Positions 36,408 to 46,677 of a stretch of 64,000 bases of DNA are shown here, piece after piece. Within the stretch, counting starts at the first letter, position 1; each line of letters begins with the position of its first letter. Below the pieces are notes generated by a model, which saw only the letters and a program-made list of their open reading frames with translations, had not been told where the DNA came from and made no database searches. The DNA is from Acidovorax sp. YS12 (GTDB lineage: Bacteria; Pseudomonadota; Gammaproteobacteria; Burkholderiales; Burkholderiaceae_C): contig CP053915.1 of the NCBI GenBank assembly GCA_021496925.1, forward strand, positions 2,537,260 through 2,601,259, written 5' to 3'. A program made the translations under genes and the position numbers.

Positions 36408-37654
36408 CAGACGATCAGCTCCAGCCCCGCGGCGTCGGCCAGCGCGTCGCCGATGCCGCCGGTCTGCTGGCGCGCCAGCGTGCCGGCCACCTGGTCCACC
36501 CCGCCCTTGATGTGCAGGGTGACCGATTCCAGCTTCATGCGGTACTCGCTCACCACGGCGAACGGGCGGAACAGCCCCAGCGTGACCAGGGTGAGCAGCA
36601 TGTTGCGCAGGCGCAGCAGCACGTAGCGCCCCACGCGCAGATCGCATTTGAAGCGCGCGATGCGGCTCACGCCGATGTTGTTCCAGGTCAGGCGGAACAG
36701 CGCGGCCTCCCGGTAGGCGCGCGCGGGCGCCGTGGCCAGGAAGAGCACGAACAGCAGCGCCACGAAGGCGGCGATCAGGAACAGCACCATGCCCATCCCG
36801 GGCTGCCCCTGGCCCAGCGCCTTGACCATGGCGAACGAGCCGCCCACCAGCCCCGCCAGCAGCAGCGACAGCACCAGGATCGACACCAGGAACACCCCCA
36901 CCGTGGCCAGCCAGAGCCGGACGAAGTCCATGTACGCCGGCTTCCAGCGCCCCGGTTCGGTGCCCAGGCTGGCACGCAGCACCAACAGGCTGCGGTAGTT
37001 GAAGTCGATGCGGATCAGGCACAGCACCGTGAGCACCAGCCCCAGCAGCACCAGCGCCACCATGGGGGCACCGACCTGCGGCAGCTTGCGGCCCGCCGCG
37101 GCGCCCTCCAGCGGCGCGGGCGCCAGCGCCTGCAGCCCGAAGAACACGGCCAGCCACACCAGCGCCAGCGCGAACACGGGCCAACTGGCGCGGTAGACCT
37201 CGCGCCAATCGGCCGTGAACTGCAGCCGCAGGCCGCGCCAGCGCGTGTTGCCCAGGCGAAAGCGCATGGCGCTGCTCCAGATCAGCGGCGCCAGCGCCGC
37301 CCCGGCCAGGATGAACAGCCCCACGGCCACGTCCTGCCCGGTGCTGGCCGCCAGCTTGTAGGCCAGCGTGAGCAGCACCACCACCAGAAAGCCCACCACC
37401 ATGCGCCGCTGCTGCGCCGTGAACTCCAGCGGGCTGCCCGCCACCAGCGTGTGGCCAAAGAAATACTGCGCCGTGCGCCGCCGCGCCCAGGGGGTGTAGA
37501 AGCCCAGCGTGACGATGGTGAGCAGCACGTTGACGATCCACACGCGCAGGAACTCGGCCCCGCTGCCGGTGAAGCGCATGGGGTGCGGCTCGATGTCTTG
37601 CGATGCGAACGAAGCGTGCATCCGGGCAGCGCCGGGCGGTGCGGGACGTGGCAT
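36407..37654 (-). CDS. DUF898/YjgN-family polytopic membrane protein, translationally coupled to the M48 peptidase
   Basis: 'FxFxGSGAEFLRVWIVNVLLTIVTLGFYTPWA' is the hallmark DUF898 N-terminus. Start has a strong GGAGGA RBS. Confidence 0.75.
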   Translation of the reverse strand: MPRPAPPGAARMHASFASQDIEPHPMRFTGSGAEFLRVWIVNVLLTIVTLGFYTPWARRRTAQYFFGHTLVAGSPLEFTAQQRRMVVGFLVVVLLTLAYKLAASTGQDVAVGLFILAGAALAPLIWSSAMRFRLGNTRWRGLRLQFTADWREVYRASWPVFALALVWLAVFFGLQALAPAPLEGAAAGRKLPQVGAPMVALVLLGLVLTVLCLIRIDFNYRSLLVLRASLGTEPGRWKPAYMDFVRLWLATVGVFLVSILVLSLLLAGLVGGSFAMVKALGQGQPGMGMVLFLIAAFVALLFVLFLATAPARAYREAALFRLTWNNIGVSRIARFKCDLRVGRYVLLRLRNMLLTLVTLGLFRPFAVVSEYRMKLESVTLHIKGGVDQVAGTLARQQTGGIGDALADAAGLELIV

Positions 37655-37737
37655 GGGTTTTTCCTCCCTCTGCGGCTTGCGTGGCCGTGGTGTGTCGTAA
37701 TGGCTTGGCGCGCAGTGTAGCCGGGCGCCGTTTCTGC

Positions 37738-37790
37738 ACAAAAAGGCTGCCAGCGCCCATCCATCAAGCGCCAGCAGCTCTTTTTTCAGG
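37738..37790. repeat. REP-like element variant (GCTGCCAGCGC...CAAGCGCCAGCAGC flanked by AAAAAG/CTTTTTT)
   Basis: Shares arms with the copy at 50697-50757; a half copy lies at 35215-35250. Confidence 0.45.
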
Positions 37791-37802
37791 AGCATGCAAG
37801 GT

Positions 37803-38519
37803 CTAGAACCGCTCCCACGGGTGCGCGTAGCGCCATTGCCCCGCCGGCAGTTTGGCCAGCGGCAGGCGGCCGATGCGGATGCGCTGCAGCGCCGTCAGCG
37901 CCAGCCCCACGGCGGCGCACATGGCGCCCACCTGGCCGGGGTGCACGCCCTTGAGCGCGAAGCGCAGGCGGCGCTCGCTCTGCCAGCTCACCTTGGTGGG
38001 CGGCAGCATCTGCCCGTCCAGGGCCAGGCCATGGCACAGGCGCTGCAGACCGTTGGGGGCGATGCTGCCCACCACCTCGGCCAGGCATTCGTGCTCCAGC
38101 GTGGCGGTGCCTTCGGCGAAGTAGCGCGCCACGCGCCGGTCCTGCGTGTAGACCACCAGGCCGCCGGCTTCGGCGGGCAGCGGCGCCACGCATTCGAGCT
38201 GGCGAAAATGCCGCTGCAGCACACGCACCGGCGGGCCGCCGGACGCATGCCGGTGCGCGGGGGCCAGCAGCGCCAGCGCGCCCTCGGCGTCCAGGCCTGC
38301 GGGCTTGTGCAGCAGCAGCGTGACGGGCGGAAGCTCCTGCGCCCGCGCGCCCGGCGCCAGGGCGACCTGCTGGCCCGGCGCCACGCGCGCGCCGGGGGCT
38401 TCGACCACCGCGCCATCGACCTGCACCCAGCCGCCCTCGATGTACAGCTCGGCCTCGCGGCGCGAGCACGGCAGTTGCGCCGCCAGGCGCTTGGCCAAAC
38501 GCTCGCCTGTGTCAGTCAT
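37803..38519 (-). CDS. rRNA pseudouridine synthase (RsuA/RluF family; S4 domain plus catalytic domain)
   Basis: 238 aa; 'LLHKPAGL' catalytic Asp-region equivalent and S4-like N-terminus. Overlaps the upstream gene by 8 nt. Confidence 0.75.
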   Translation of the reverse strand: MTDTGERLAKRLAAQLPCSRREAELYIEGGWVQVDGAVVEAPGARVAPGQQVALAPGARAQELPPVTLLLHKPAGLDAEGALALLAPAHRHASGGPPVRVLQRHFRQLECVAPLPAEAGGLVVYTQDRRVARYFAEGTATLEHECLAEVVGSIAPNGLQRLCHGLALDGQMLPPTKVSWQSERRLRFALKGVHPGQVGAMCAAVGLALTALQRIRIGRLPLAKLPAGQWRYAHPWERF

Positions 38520-40176
38520 TGCCGGGCTCCAGCATGCGGATGCGCTCCACGTGCGCCAGCAGCGAGCGCTGCGCCACCGGCCACAGGCGCGGCGGCACGT
38601 CGGCGTAGGCGTGCTCGACCCACTGCTCCACCGTGCCCTCGGGCAGCGCCTGCATGGCGGCGATGACCCTGGCCTCGCGCGCCAGGCGGTGGGCCTTGAG
38701 CTGCGCGATGGTGGCGCGTGCCGTGCCCAGCACGTAGCCGTGCGCGGGCAGGATGAATTCGACGCCGTGCGCGGCGCACAGCGCGTCGAGCCGGTCGAGC
38801 GCGTCCAGGTAATCCGCCATATTGCCGTCGGGCGGGTCGATCACCGTGGTGCTGCCGTTGAGGATGTGGTCGCCCGAGAACAGCAGCGCATCCTCGACCA
38901 GCAGCAGGCACAGGTGGTTGGCCGCGTGGCCGGGCGTGTGCACCACCTGCAGGGTATGGGTGATTTCACCCTCCAGGCCTTTGCCAGCAAGCGTGAGCAG
39001 CTCCCCATCTTGTAGCGCCCGCTCGGGCGTGAACTGGGCCGCGGCGCGCGCCGTGGGGGCCGAGGGCAGGCCCAGGATAGGCGGCGCGGCGCGCCCAGCC
39101 TGCACGCACAACTGCTGCAGTGGCCAGGCGCCGGGCGAGTGGTCGGCGTGCGAGTGCGTGCACACGATCATGCGGATGTCGCCGCCCGCGGCGCGCCACA
39201 GGCGCTGCAGGTGCTCCAGGTCCTCGGGGCCGGGGTCGATGGCGATGTAGCCCGTGGCCGGGTCGCCCACCAGATAGCTGTTGGTGCCGGGGCCGGTCAT
39301 CACGCCCGGGTTGGGGGCGGTGAGGCGCTGCAGGTTCTTGCGCAGCGCCACGGAGCGCTCGCTCTGCCACTCCAGCGGGTGCACGATCTGCCCGTCGGGG
39401 CAGACCATGGCCAGCTCGCCGAACTCGGGCTCGTGCTCCATGTGGCGCGATTCCTTGCCGTGGCGCAGCCCGGCGCGCGGGCAGCTCACCCACAGCGGCG
39501 CCTCGCCCGCCACGGCGGCCAGCAGCGCGCCGGTGTGGGCGTAGGCCGCCAGGCGCTCCAGCGTGCGGATGGTGGGGTAGATCATGAAGAACTGCCCGGC
39601 GGCGTGGCGCGCCAGCGCATCGGCCGGGCGCACCCACACGGGCTCGAACTGCTCGGCCTCGTCGGCCACGGGCTCCTGGCCGGGCGGCATGCGCGCCACC
39701 AGGAAGGGCACGGCGAAGCGCTTGGGCAGGTCGCGGTCGGCCGTCCAGTGCGCCAGCAGGTACACGGCGTCGGCCGCCAGGCGCAGGCCGCGCGCCGCCA
39801 CCTGCGCGGCGAAGGGGCCGCGGCGGTCGAGCGCGGCGATGTCGGCCGCGCCGGCCCAGCGGCCATCGGCATGGCGCGCCAGCAGGATGCCCAGTTCCTC
39901 GAAGCTCTCGCGGATGGCGGCGATGGCCTCGGTCAGGTGCCGCTCGCCCTGCGCCGGGCGGCGGTCGGCCAGGGCGTGGGCGGCGCTGTCCTGCGCGTCG
40001 ATGCCGCCGCCGGGGAACACGTAGGCGCCGGGGGCGAAGCTGGCCTGGGCGCTGCGGCGCGTCATCAGCACTTCGAGCGCGCCGTCGGCCCCATCGCGCA
40101 GCAGCAGCACGGTGGCGGCCTCGAGCGGCCGGGCGGGCTGGCGCGCGGGGTGCAGGTATTGGTTGGTACGGGCCAT
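38512..40176 (-). CDS. NUDIX hydrolase fused to an MBL-fold metallo-hydrolase
   Basis: N-terminal Nudix box 'GGGIDAQDSAAHALADRRPAQGERHLTEAIAAIRESFEELG'. C-terminal 'CTHSHADH' MBL motif. The two halves are continuous in frame. Confidence 0.7.
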   Translation of the reverse strand: MARTNQYLHPARQPARPLEAATVLLLRDGADGALEVLMTRRSAQASFAPGAYVFPGGGIDAQDSAAHALADRRPAQGERHLTEAIAAIRESFEELGILLARHADGRWAGAADIAALDRRGPFAAQVAARGLRLAADAVYLLAHWTADRDLPKRFAVPFLVARMPPGQEPVADEAEQFEPVWVRPADALARHAAGQFFMIYPTIRTLERLAAYAHTGALLAAVAGEAPLWVSCPRAGLRHGKESRHMEHEPEFGELAMVCPDGQIVHPLEWQSERSVALRKNLQRLTAPNPGVMTGPGTNSYLVGDPATGYIAIDPGPEDLEHLQRLWRAAGGDIRMIVCTHSHADHSPGAWPLQQLCVQAGRAAPPILGLPSAPTARAAAQFTPERALQDGELLTLAGKGLEGEITHTLQVVHTPGHAANHLCLLLVEDALLFSGDHILNGSTTVIDPPDGNMADYLDALDRLDALCAAHGVEFILPAHGYVLGTARATIAQLKAHRLAREARVIAAMQALPEGTVEQWVEHAYADVPPRLWPVAQRSLLAHVERIRMLEPGND

Positions 40177-40184
40177 GGCGCGTC

Positions 40185-40580
40185 TCACTTTCCGGATCGG
40201 GCGGTCAGCACCACCACCAGGGCGCTGGCCAGGTAGAAGGCCTGCAGCTCCAGCGCCCAGCCGCCCGAGCGGTTCAGCGCCAGCCAGTCGCCCTGGTGTA
40301 CCAGCACCAGCGCCACGACCATGTTGACCACGACCACGGCGGCGGCGGGCACCACCCAGAAGCCGACCAGCAGCATCAGCGGCGCCACCACCTCGCCCAG
40401 GTACACCGCGTAGGCCAGGAAGCCGGGCAGGCCGCGCTGCACCAGCAGGCCCTCGATCCACCCCACGCCGTAGCGGATCTTGGCCCAGCCGTGCAACAGC
40501 AGCAGCAGCAGCAGCGCCAGCGTGGTGCGCAGCAGCAGCGCGCCCAGGTGGGGGTGGTGGAAATGGCTCCAGAACTTCAC
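40185..40580 (-). CDS. DoxX-family membrane protein (GTG start)
   Basis: 'HPHLGALLLRTTLALLLL...HGWAKI' DoxX signature; GAGGAAA RBS. Confidence 0.7.
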   Translation of the reverse strand: MKFWSHFHHPHLGALLLRTTLALLLLLLLHGWAKIRYGVGWIEGLLVQRGLPGFLAYAVYLGEVVAPLMLLVGFWVVPAAAVVVVNMVVALVLVHQGDWLALNRSGGWALELQAFYLASALVVVLTARSGK

Positions 40581-40659
40581 GGGGTTTCCTCGGGTGACGC
40601 CGACCAGGGGCGAAGGCGGCACGATAAACCATTCTCTGCGCGGATAATGGGCGCCCATC

Positions 40660-41550
40660 ATGCAGATCCGTTTCACCAAGATGCAGGGCGCGGGCAACGA
40701 CTTCATCGTGCTCGACGAAACCCAGGGCCGCCTGGGCCTGTCGCCCGCGCAGTACCGCTTTCTGGCGGACCGCCACTTCGGCGTCGGCGCCGACCAGATC
40801 CTGAGCGTGCGCGCCCCCGCCCCACAGGCCGCGGCCGAGGGCATCGACTTCGAGTACGTGATCCACAACGCCGACGGCGGCGAGGTGGAGCAGTGCGGCA
40901 ACGGCGCGCGCTGCTTCGCGCGCTTCGTGCACGACCAGGGGCTGACCGGCAAGGACAGCATCCGCGTGCAGACCCGCGCCGGCGTGATCGCCCCGCGCCT
41001 CACGGCCGACGGGCGCGTGACCGTGGACATGGGGCTGCCGCGCTTCGCGCCGCAGCAGTTGCCGTTCGACGCCAGCGGCCTCACGCCCACGCCCCAGCAC
41101 CAAGGGGAAAAATGGCCTCTAACGCTTGATGGGATTGCGCCAAAAGCTCATGTTTCGATAGCAATCGCCTCCATGGGCAACCCGCACGCCGTGCTGCTGG
41201 TGGACGACGTGGACACGGCGCCCGTGGCCGCCTGGGGGCCGCTGATCGAGCGCCACGCGCGCTTCCCGGCGCGGGTGAACGCGGGCTTCCTGCAAATCGT
41301 CGACCGCGCGCAGGTGCGCCTGCGCGTGTACGAGCGCGGCGCCGGCGAAACGCTGGCCTGCGGCACCGGCGCCTGCGCCGCCGTGGTCTCGGGCATCCGC
41401 CTGGGGCTGCTGGACGGCCTGGTGGACGTGCACACGCGCGGCGGGCGCCTGTCCATCGCCTGGGCCGGCGGCGCCAGCGACCCCGTTTTTCTCACCGGCC
41501 CCGCCACCACCGTGTTCGAGGGCCAGATCGAACTCCCCGACCTGCTATGA
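40660..41550 (+). CDS. dapF: Diaminopimelate epimerase
   Basis: '[10 protein letters not shown]', catalytic 'CGNGARC' and 'ACGTGACA'. Confidence 0.92.
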   Translation: MQIRFTKMQGAGNDFIVLDETQGRLGLSPAQYRFLADRHFGVGADQILSVRAPAPQAAAEGIDFEYVIHNADGGEVEQCGNGARCFARFVHDQGLTGKDSIRVQTRAGVIAPRLTADGRVTVDMGLPRFAPQQLPFDASGLTPTPQHQGEKWPLTLDGIAPKAHVSIAIASMGNPHAVLLVDDVDTAPVAAWGPLIERHARFPARVNAGFLQIVDRAQVRLRVYERGAGETLACGTGACAAVVSGIRLGLLDGLVDVHTRGGRLSIAWAGGASDPVFLTGPATTVFEGQIELPDLL

Positions 41551-42245
41551 CTTCCACGACTTCTTCCGCACCGCTGCCGCCGCTGTCCGAAGCCGACATC
41601 GCCGAGTACCTCATCAACACGCCGGAGTTCTTCCAGCGCCATGCCGAGGTGCTGGGCAGCATCACCATCGCCAGCCCGCACGGCGCGCGCGCCGTGAGCC
41701 TGCACGAACGCCAGACCGAGCTGCTGCGCGAAAAGATCAAGGGGCTGGAACTGCGCGTGATGGACATGGTGCGCCACGGCAACGAGAACGCCGCCATCGC
41801 GCAGAAGATCCACGAATGGGCCTGCACGCTGGCGCGCGCCATCGACCCGGCCGACCTGCCCCAGGTGGCGGCGGACGGCATCCAGGCGCGCTTCGACGTG
41901 CCCCAGGCCGCGCTGCGCGTGTGGGGCGTGGCACCGCAGCACCAGGGCGCGGCGTTCGCCTCGGGCGTGAGCGAGGACACGCGCGCCTTCGCCACCTCGC
42001 TGACCATGCCGTTCTGCGGCCCCAACCTCGGCTTCGAGGCCACGGCCTGGCTGCCGCAGCCGGAGGTGGTGCAATCGATGGCGCTGCTGCCGCTGCGCGA
42101 GGGCACCATCGACAGCACCACCCCGGCCTTCGGCCTGCTGGTACTGGGCTCGCCCGACCCGCAGCGCTTCGATGCCACCATGGGCACCGAATTCCTCTCG
42201 CGCATGGCCGAACTGGCGAGCGCGGCGCTGGCGCGGCTGCGCTGA
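41547..42245 (+). CDS. DUF484-family (GAF-like) protein typically found downstream of dapF
   Basis: Overlaps dapF stop; conserved dapF-DUF484 arrangement (xerC absent here). Confidence 0.7.
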   Translation: MTSTTSSAPLPPLSEADIAEYLINTPEFFQRHAEVLGSITIASPHGARAVSLHERQTELLREKIKGLELRVMDMVRHGNENAAIAQKIHEWACTLARAIDPADLPQVAADGIQARFDVPQAALRVWGVAPQHQGAAFASGVSEDTRAFATSLTMPFCGPNLGFEATAWLPQPEVVQSMALLPLREGTIDSTTPAFGLLVLGSPDPQRFDATMGTEFLSRMAELASAALARLR

Positions 42246-42263
42246 CTCACCCGCCCCTCAAAC

Positions 42264-42295
42264 AAACAGGGCGCCCATGGCGCCCTGTTTTTTTG
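42264..42295. terminator. Bidirectional rho-independent terminator between convergent DUF484 gene and gltL
   Basis: AAACAGGGCGCC-CATG-GGCGCCCTGTTT followed by TTTTTT. Confidence 0.55.
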
Positions 42296-42304
42296 CACCG
42301 CAGC

Positions 42305-43042
<738 letters not shown>

Positions 43043-43068
43043 GGTTGAAATTCCTCATTCACACGCCA

Positions 43069-43740
43069 TCAGCGGATGATGGCGATCTTCTTGTGCAGGC
43101 GCTTGACGCTCCACGACAGCGCGTAGCACATCACGAAATACAGCACGGCGGCCGCCAGGTAGGCTTCGATGGGACGGCCGAAGTTCTTGCCCGCCACCTC
43201 GAAGCCCTTGAGCATGTCGTAGGCACCGATGGCGTAGACCAGCGAGGTGTCCTGGAACAGGATGATGGTCTGCGTCAGCAGCACCGGCAGCATGTTGCGG
43301 AAGGCCTGGGGCAGGATCACCAGCTTCATGTTCTGCCCGTAGGTCATGCCCAGCGCCTGCCCGGCGAACACCTGGCCGCGCGGGATCGACTGGATGCCGG
43401 CGCGCATGATTTCGCTGAAGTAGGCGGCCTCGAAGGCGACGAAGGTGATGACGGCGGAGCTTTCCGCGCCGATGGGGCGGCCGATGATCAGGGGCACCAG
43501 CAGGAAGAACCACAGGATCACCATCACCAGCGGGATGGAGCGCATGCCGTTGACGTAGATGGTGGCGGGCACCACGAGCCACTTCTTGCCCGACAGGCGC
43601 ATCAGCGCCAGCAGCGTGCCGAAGAACACGCCGCCCAGCGTGGCGACGATGGTCAGCAGCACGCTGAAGGTGAGGCCCTTCAGCACGAAGTTGCTGATGA
43701 GGTCCCAGTTGTAGAACGAGAAATCGATATTGAGGTTCAT
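43069..43740 (-). CDS. gltK: Amino-acid ABC transporter permease
   Basis: His/Glu/Gln/Arg/opine-family permease; EAA-like loop. Confidence 0.8.
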   Translation of the reverse strand: MNLNIDFSFYNWDLISNFVLKGLTFSVLLTIVATLGGVFFGTLLALMRLSGKKWLVVPATIYVNGMRSIPLVMVILWFFLLVPLIIGRPIGAESSAVITFVAFEAAYFSEIMRAGIQSIPRGQVFAGQALGMTYGQNMKLVILPQAFRNMLPVLLTQTIILFQDTSLVYAIGAYDMLKGFEVAGKNFGRPIEAYLAAAVLYFVMCYALSWSVKRLHKKIAIIR

Positions 43741-43741
43741 G

Positions 43742-44494
43742 TCAGTGCCCCCCGCCGCCTGCGGCGATCAGGCCAGGTACGCGCGAGCGCTTCTCGATGA
43801 ACGCCATGACGCGGTTGATGGCGAAGGCCGAGACCACGTACAGGCCCGTGACGGCCAGGTACACCTCGACGCCGCGCGCCGTTTCCTCCTGCGCCTGCAT
43901 GGCGAACATGGTCAGCTCGGCCACCGACACAGCGAAGGCCACCGACGAGTTCTTGAACACGTTCATGGTCTCGCTGGTGAGCGGCGGAATGATGATGCGG
44001 AACGCCATCGGCAGCAGCACGTAGCGGTAGTACTGGAACGTGGTGAAGCCCAGCGCCATGCCCGCGTAGCGCTGGCCGCGCGGCAGCGACTGGATGCCCG
44101 AGCGCACCTGCTCGGCGATGCGCGCCGAGGTGAAGAAGCCCAGGGCGAAGACCACCAGCACGAACCCCGGCAGCGACTTCATCGCCGGGAACATCGCAGG
44201 GATCACGTGGTACCACAGGAAGATGTGGACCAGCAGCGGAATATTGCGGAAAAACTCGACCCAGGCGTTGCCCAGGCGCACGGTCCACGGACGGCCCTCC
44301 AGCGTGCGCAGCGTGCCGATGACCGCGCCGACCACCAGGGCGATCAGCAGCGAAAGCAGCGAGACCGACACCGTCCAGCCCCAGGCCGACAGCATCCAGT
44401 CGAGGTAGGTGACATCGCCGTTCTTGCCGAAGCAGCTCGCGCCCACCTCTTGGGTAATGGTGTCCTGGCAGAACACCTGCCATTCCCAGCTCAT
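43742..44494 (-). CDS. gltJ: Amino-acid ABC transporter permease
   Basis: Paired permease; start overlaps neighbour. Confidence 0.8.
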   Translation of the reverse strand: MSWEWQVFCQDTITQEVGASCFGKNGDVTYLDWMLSAWGWTVSVSLLSLLIALVVGAVIGTLRTLEGRPWTVRLGNAWVEFFRNIPLLVHIFLWYHVIPAMFPAMKSLPGFVLVVFALGFFTSARIAEQVRSGIQSLPRGQRYAGMALGFTTFQYYRYVLLPMAFRIIIPPLTSETMNVFKNSSVAFAVSVAELTMFAMQAQEETARGVEVYLAVTGLYVVSAFAINRVMAFIEKRSRVPGLIAAGGGGH

Positions 44495-44588
44495 AGGAAC
44501 ATCCCTTCAATGACCCGCACACGGCGGGTGACAACAAAAAACGCCCCTCCAACCACGCGGCAGAAGGGGCGGAGCATGGAAACGCCGC

Positions 44589-45488
44589 TTACTTGACTTC
44601 GTAAGCCTCCATCGGCTTGTCGTTGGGGTGTGCCCAGGCTTCCTTGGTGGCGTCGGACAGCGGCAGGCCGATCTTCACGTTGGCCGGGGGAATCGGCTCC
44701 AGGAACCACTTGTCATACAGCTTGCCCAGGCTGCCATCGGCGATCTGGCGCTTGATGGAGTCGTCCACGGCCTTCTTGAAGGCCGGGTCGTCCTTGCGCA
44801 GCATGCAGGCGATGGGCTCGACCGACAGCACTTCGCCGACGATCTTGTAGTCGGCGGGGCTCTTGGACTTGGAGATGTTGGCGGCCAGGATGGAGCCGTC
44901 CATGATGAAGGCGTCGGCGCGGCCGGTCTCCAGCATCAGGAAGCTGTCGGCGTGGTCCTTGCCCATCACTTCCTTGAAGGTCAGGCCATCGGCGCGCTTG
45001 TTCTTGCGCAGCGTCTGCACCGAGGTCGTGCCCGTCGTGGTGACGATGGTCTTGCCGTTCAGGTCCTTGATGCCGGTGATGCCGGACTTGGCGTTCACGG
45101 CGATGCGCACTTCCTCCACGTAGGTGGTCACGGCAAAGGCCACTTCCTTCTGGCGGGCCGCGCTGTTGGTGGTGGAGCCGCACTCGATGTCCACCGTGCC
45201 GTTGGTCACCAGCGGGATGCGGTTCTGCGACGTCACGGGCTGGTACTTGATCTCCATCTTGGCCAGGCCCAGCTGCTTCTGGATGTCGGCCAGCACGCGC
45301 TCGCCCATCTCGGTATGGAAGCCGACGTACTTGCCATTGCCCAGGGTATAGCCCAGGCCCGAGGACTCGCGCACGCCCAGCGTGACCGCGCCCGAGGACT
45401 TGATCTTGGCCAGGGTGTCGTTGGCCTGGGCGAAGGCTGCGGTTGCGGCCAGCGCGGTGACGGCCACCGCCAGCAATTGCTTCTTCAT
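44589..45488 (-). CDS. gltI: Amino-acid (Glu/Asp-type) ABC transporter periplasmic binding protein
   Basis: Signal peptide plus SBP_bac_3 fold. Confidence 0.8.
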   Translation of the reverse strand: MKKQLLAVAVTALAATAAFAQANDTLAKIKSSGAVTLGVRESSGLGYTLGNGKYVGFHTEMGERVLADIQKQLGLAKMEIKYQPVTSQNRIPLVTNGTVDIECGSTTNSAARQKEVAFAVTTYVEEVRIAVNAKSGITGIKDLNGKTIVTTTGTTSVQTLRKNKRADGLTFKEVMGKDHADSFLMLETGRADAFIMDGSILAANISKSKSPADYKIVGEVLSVEPIACMLRKDDPAFKKAVDDSIKRQIADGSLGKLYDKWFLEPIPPANVKIGLPLSDATKEAWAHPNDKPMEAYEVK

Positions 45489-45593
45489 ACAAACTCCTTA
45501 TGGGTGAAGCGAAGGGAAGGTTGGGAGCGCGGGCCCGCGGTTCTTGGCCGCACGGTCCACGCCTATCGAAACGACAGGATAAGAGGTATAGCC

Positions 45594-46481
45594 CTAAAAG
45601 GGGACCTGATCCGTAGGGTATTTCCAGAAGTCCCGCAGCAAATAGCTTACCGGGAGATGCAACGCCCTGCCCTGCGGCGGGATGGGCTGCATGAACCACT
45701 TGTCATAGATGGCCAGGATCTCGCGGCTGGTGATCAGGCGGCGCATTTCCTCGTCCACGACTTGCTTGAAGGCAGCGTCCTGCCTGGGCAGCGCGATGGC
45801 CAGGGCCTCGGTGGTCAGGAAGCGGCCCTCGACCTTGAGCGCCTTGGGGTCGGGGCGGCTGGCCGCCAGGCTGTAGAGCAGCACGTCGTCCATGGCGAAA
45901 GCGTCGGCCTCGCCCTTCTCGACCATCTCCACGGCGCGGGCGTGGTCCGGCGCCTCCAGCAGCGTGAAGCCCATGAGACGCTCGCGGCCAGCCTTCTCGG
46001 CCACCTTGTAGGCCGTCGTTCCGCGCGTGGACACCAGCTTCTTGCCCGCCAGGTCTTCCATGCGCGTGACCTTGCTGGACGCCTTCATGAGCAGGCGCGT
46101 GCCGGTGATGAAATGGGGAATGGTGAACGCCACCTTCTCCCGGCGCTCGGCATTGTTGGTGGTGGAGCCGCACTCCAGGTCCGCCTTGCCCTGCTCGACC
46201 ATGGCCATGCGGTTTTCCGGCGTGACTTGCAGGAATGCGACGGCCATGTCCTTCATGCCGGTTTTCCTGCGCACGGCCTCGGCCAGCCGCAGGCACAGGT
46301 CGACGGCATAGCCCATTGGCTTGCCCTCGTGCACGTAGGAGAAAGGAACCGAGGACGCGCGGTGCGCCAGCACCAGCTTGCCCCCCGCCGCGACCCGGTC
46401 GAGCACGCCCTGCGCGCCAGCACCCGCGGTACAGCACAGCAGCGCGAAGCCCAATGCCATGCCCAAGTGCTGCTTCTTCAT
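45594..46481 (-). CDS. Second polar amino-acid ABC substrate-binding protein
   Basis: Internal ATG (MKKQHL...) with signal peptide; SBP_bac_3 fold. The track ORF's extra N-terminus is spurious. Confidence 0.75.
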   Translation of the reverse strand: MKKQHLGMALGFALLCCTAGAGAQGVLDRVAAGGKLVLAHRASSVPFSYVHEGKPMGYAVDLCLRLAEAVRRKTGMKDMAVAFLQVTPENRMAMVEQGKADLECGSTTNNAERREKVAFTIPHFITGTRLLMKASSKVTRMEDLAGKKLVSTRGTTAYKVAEKAGRERLMGFTLLEAPDHARAVEMVEKGEADAFAMDDVLLYSLAASRPDPKALKVEGRFLTTEALAIALPRQDAAFKQVVDEEMRRLITSREILAIYDKWFMQPIPPQGRALHLPVSYLLRDFWKYPTDQVPF

Positions 46482-46677
46482 GTGACGGCTCCGTACCGAG
46501 GTCCTGCTTGTAACAAAGGGTGGCGTCTTTTGGACGCATCCCAAGGGGGTGTGCTGCGCCGTGGCGGCCTGTACGGCGACCCTGCCGCGCAGCAAGGTTG
46601 CAGACTGTAAGAGCACACCCGGGCAAATGCCAATGCCGATTACAAAACAGGATTATGCAGAATTTTTATGTCCGTAT

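Noticed and set aside
41095-41175. Local GC drop (~50% by eye) inside dapF (gaaaaatggcctctaacgcttgatgggattgcgccaaaagctcatgtttcgatagcaatcgc)
   Set aside because: The translation stays colinear with DapF (…[28 protein letters not shown]…) through the catalytic region, so there is no frame break or insertion. It is most likely ordinary compositional variation.
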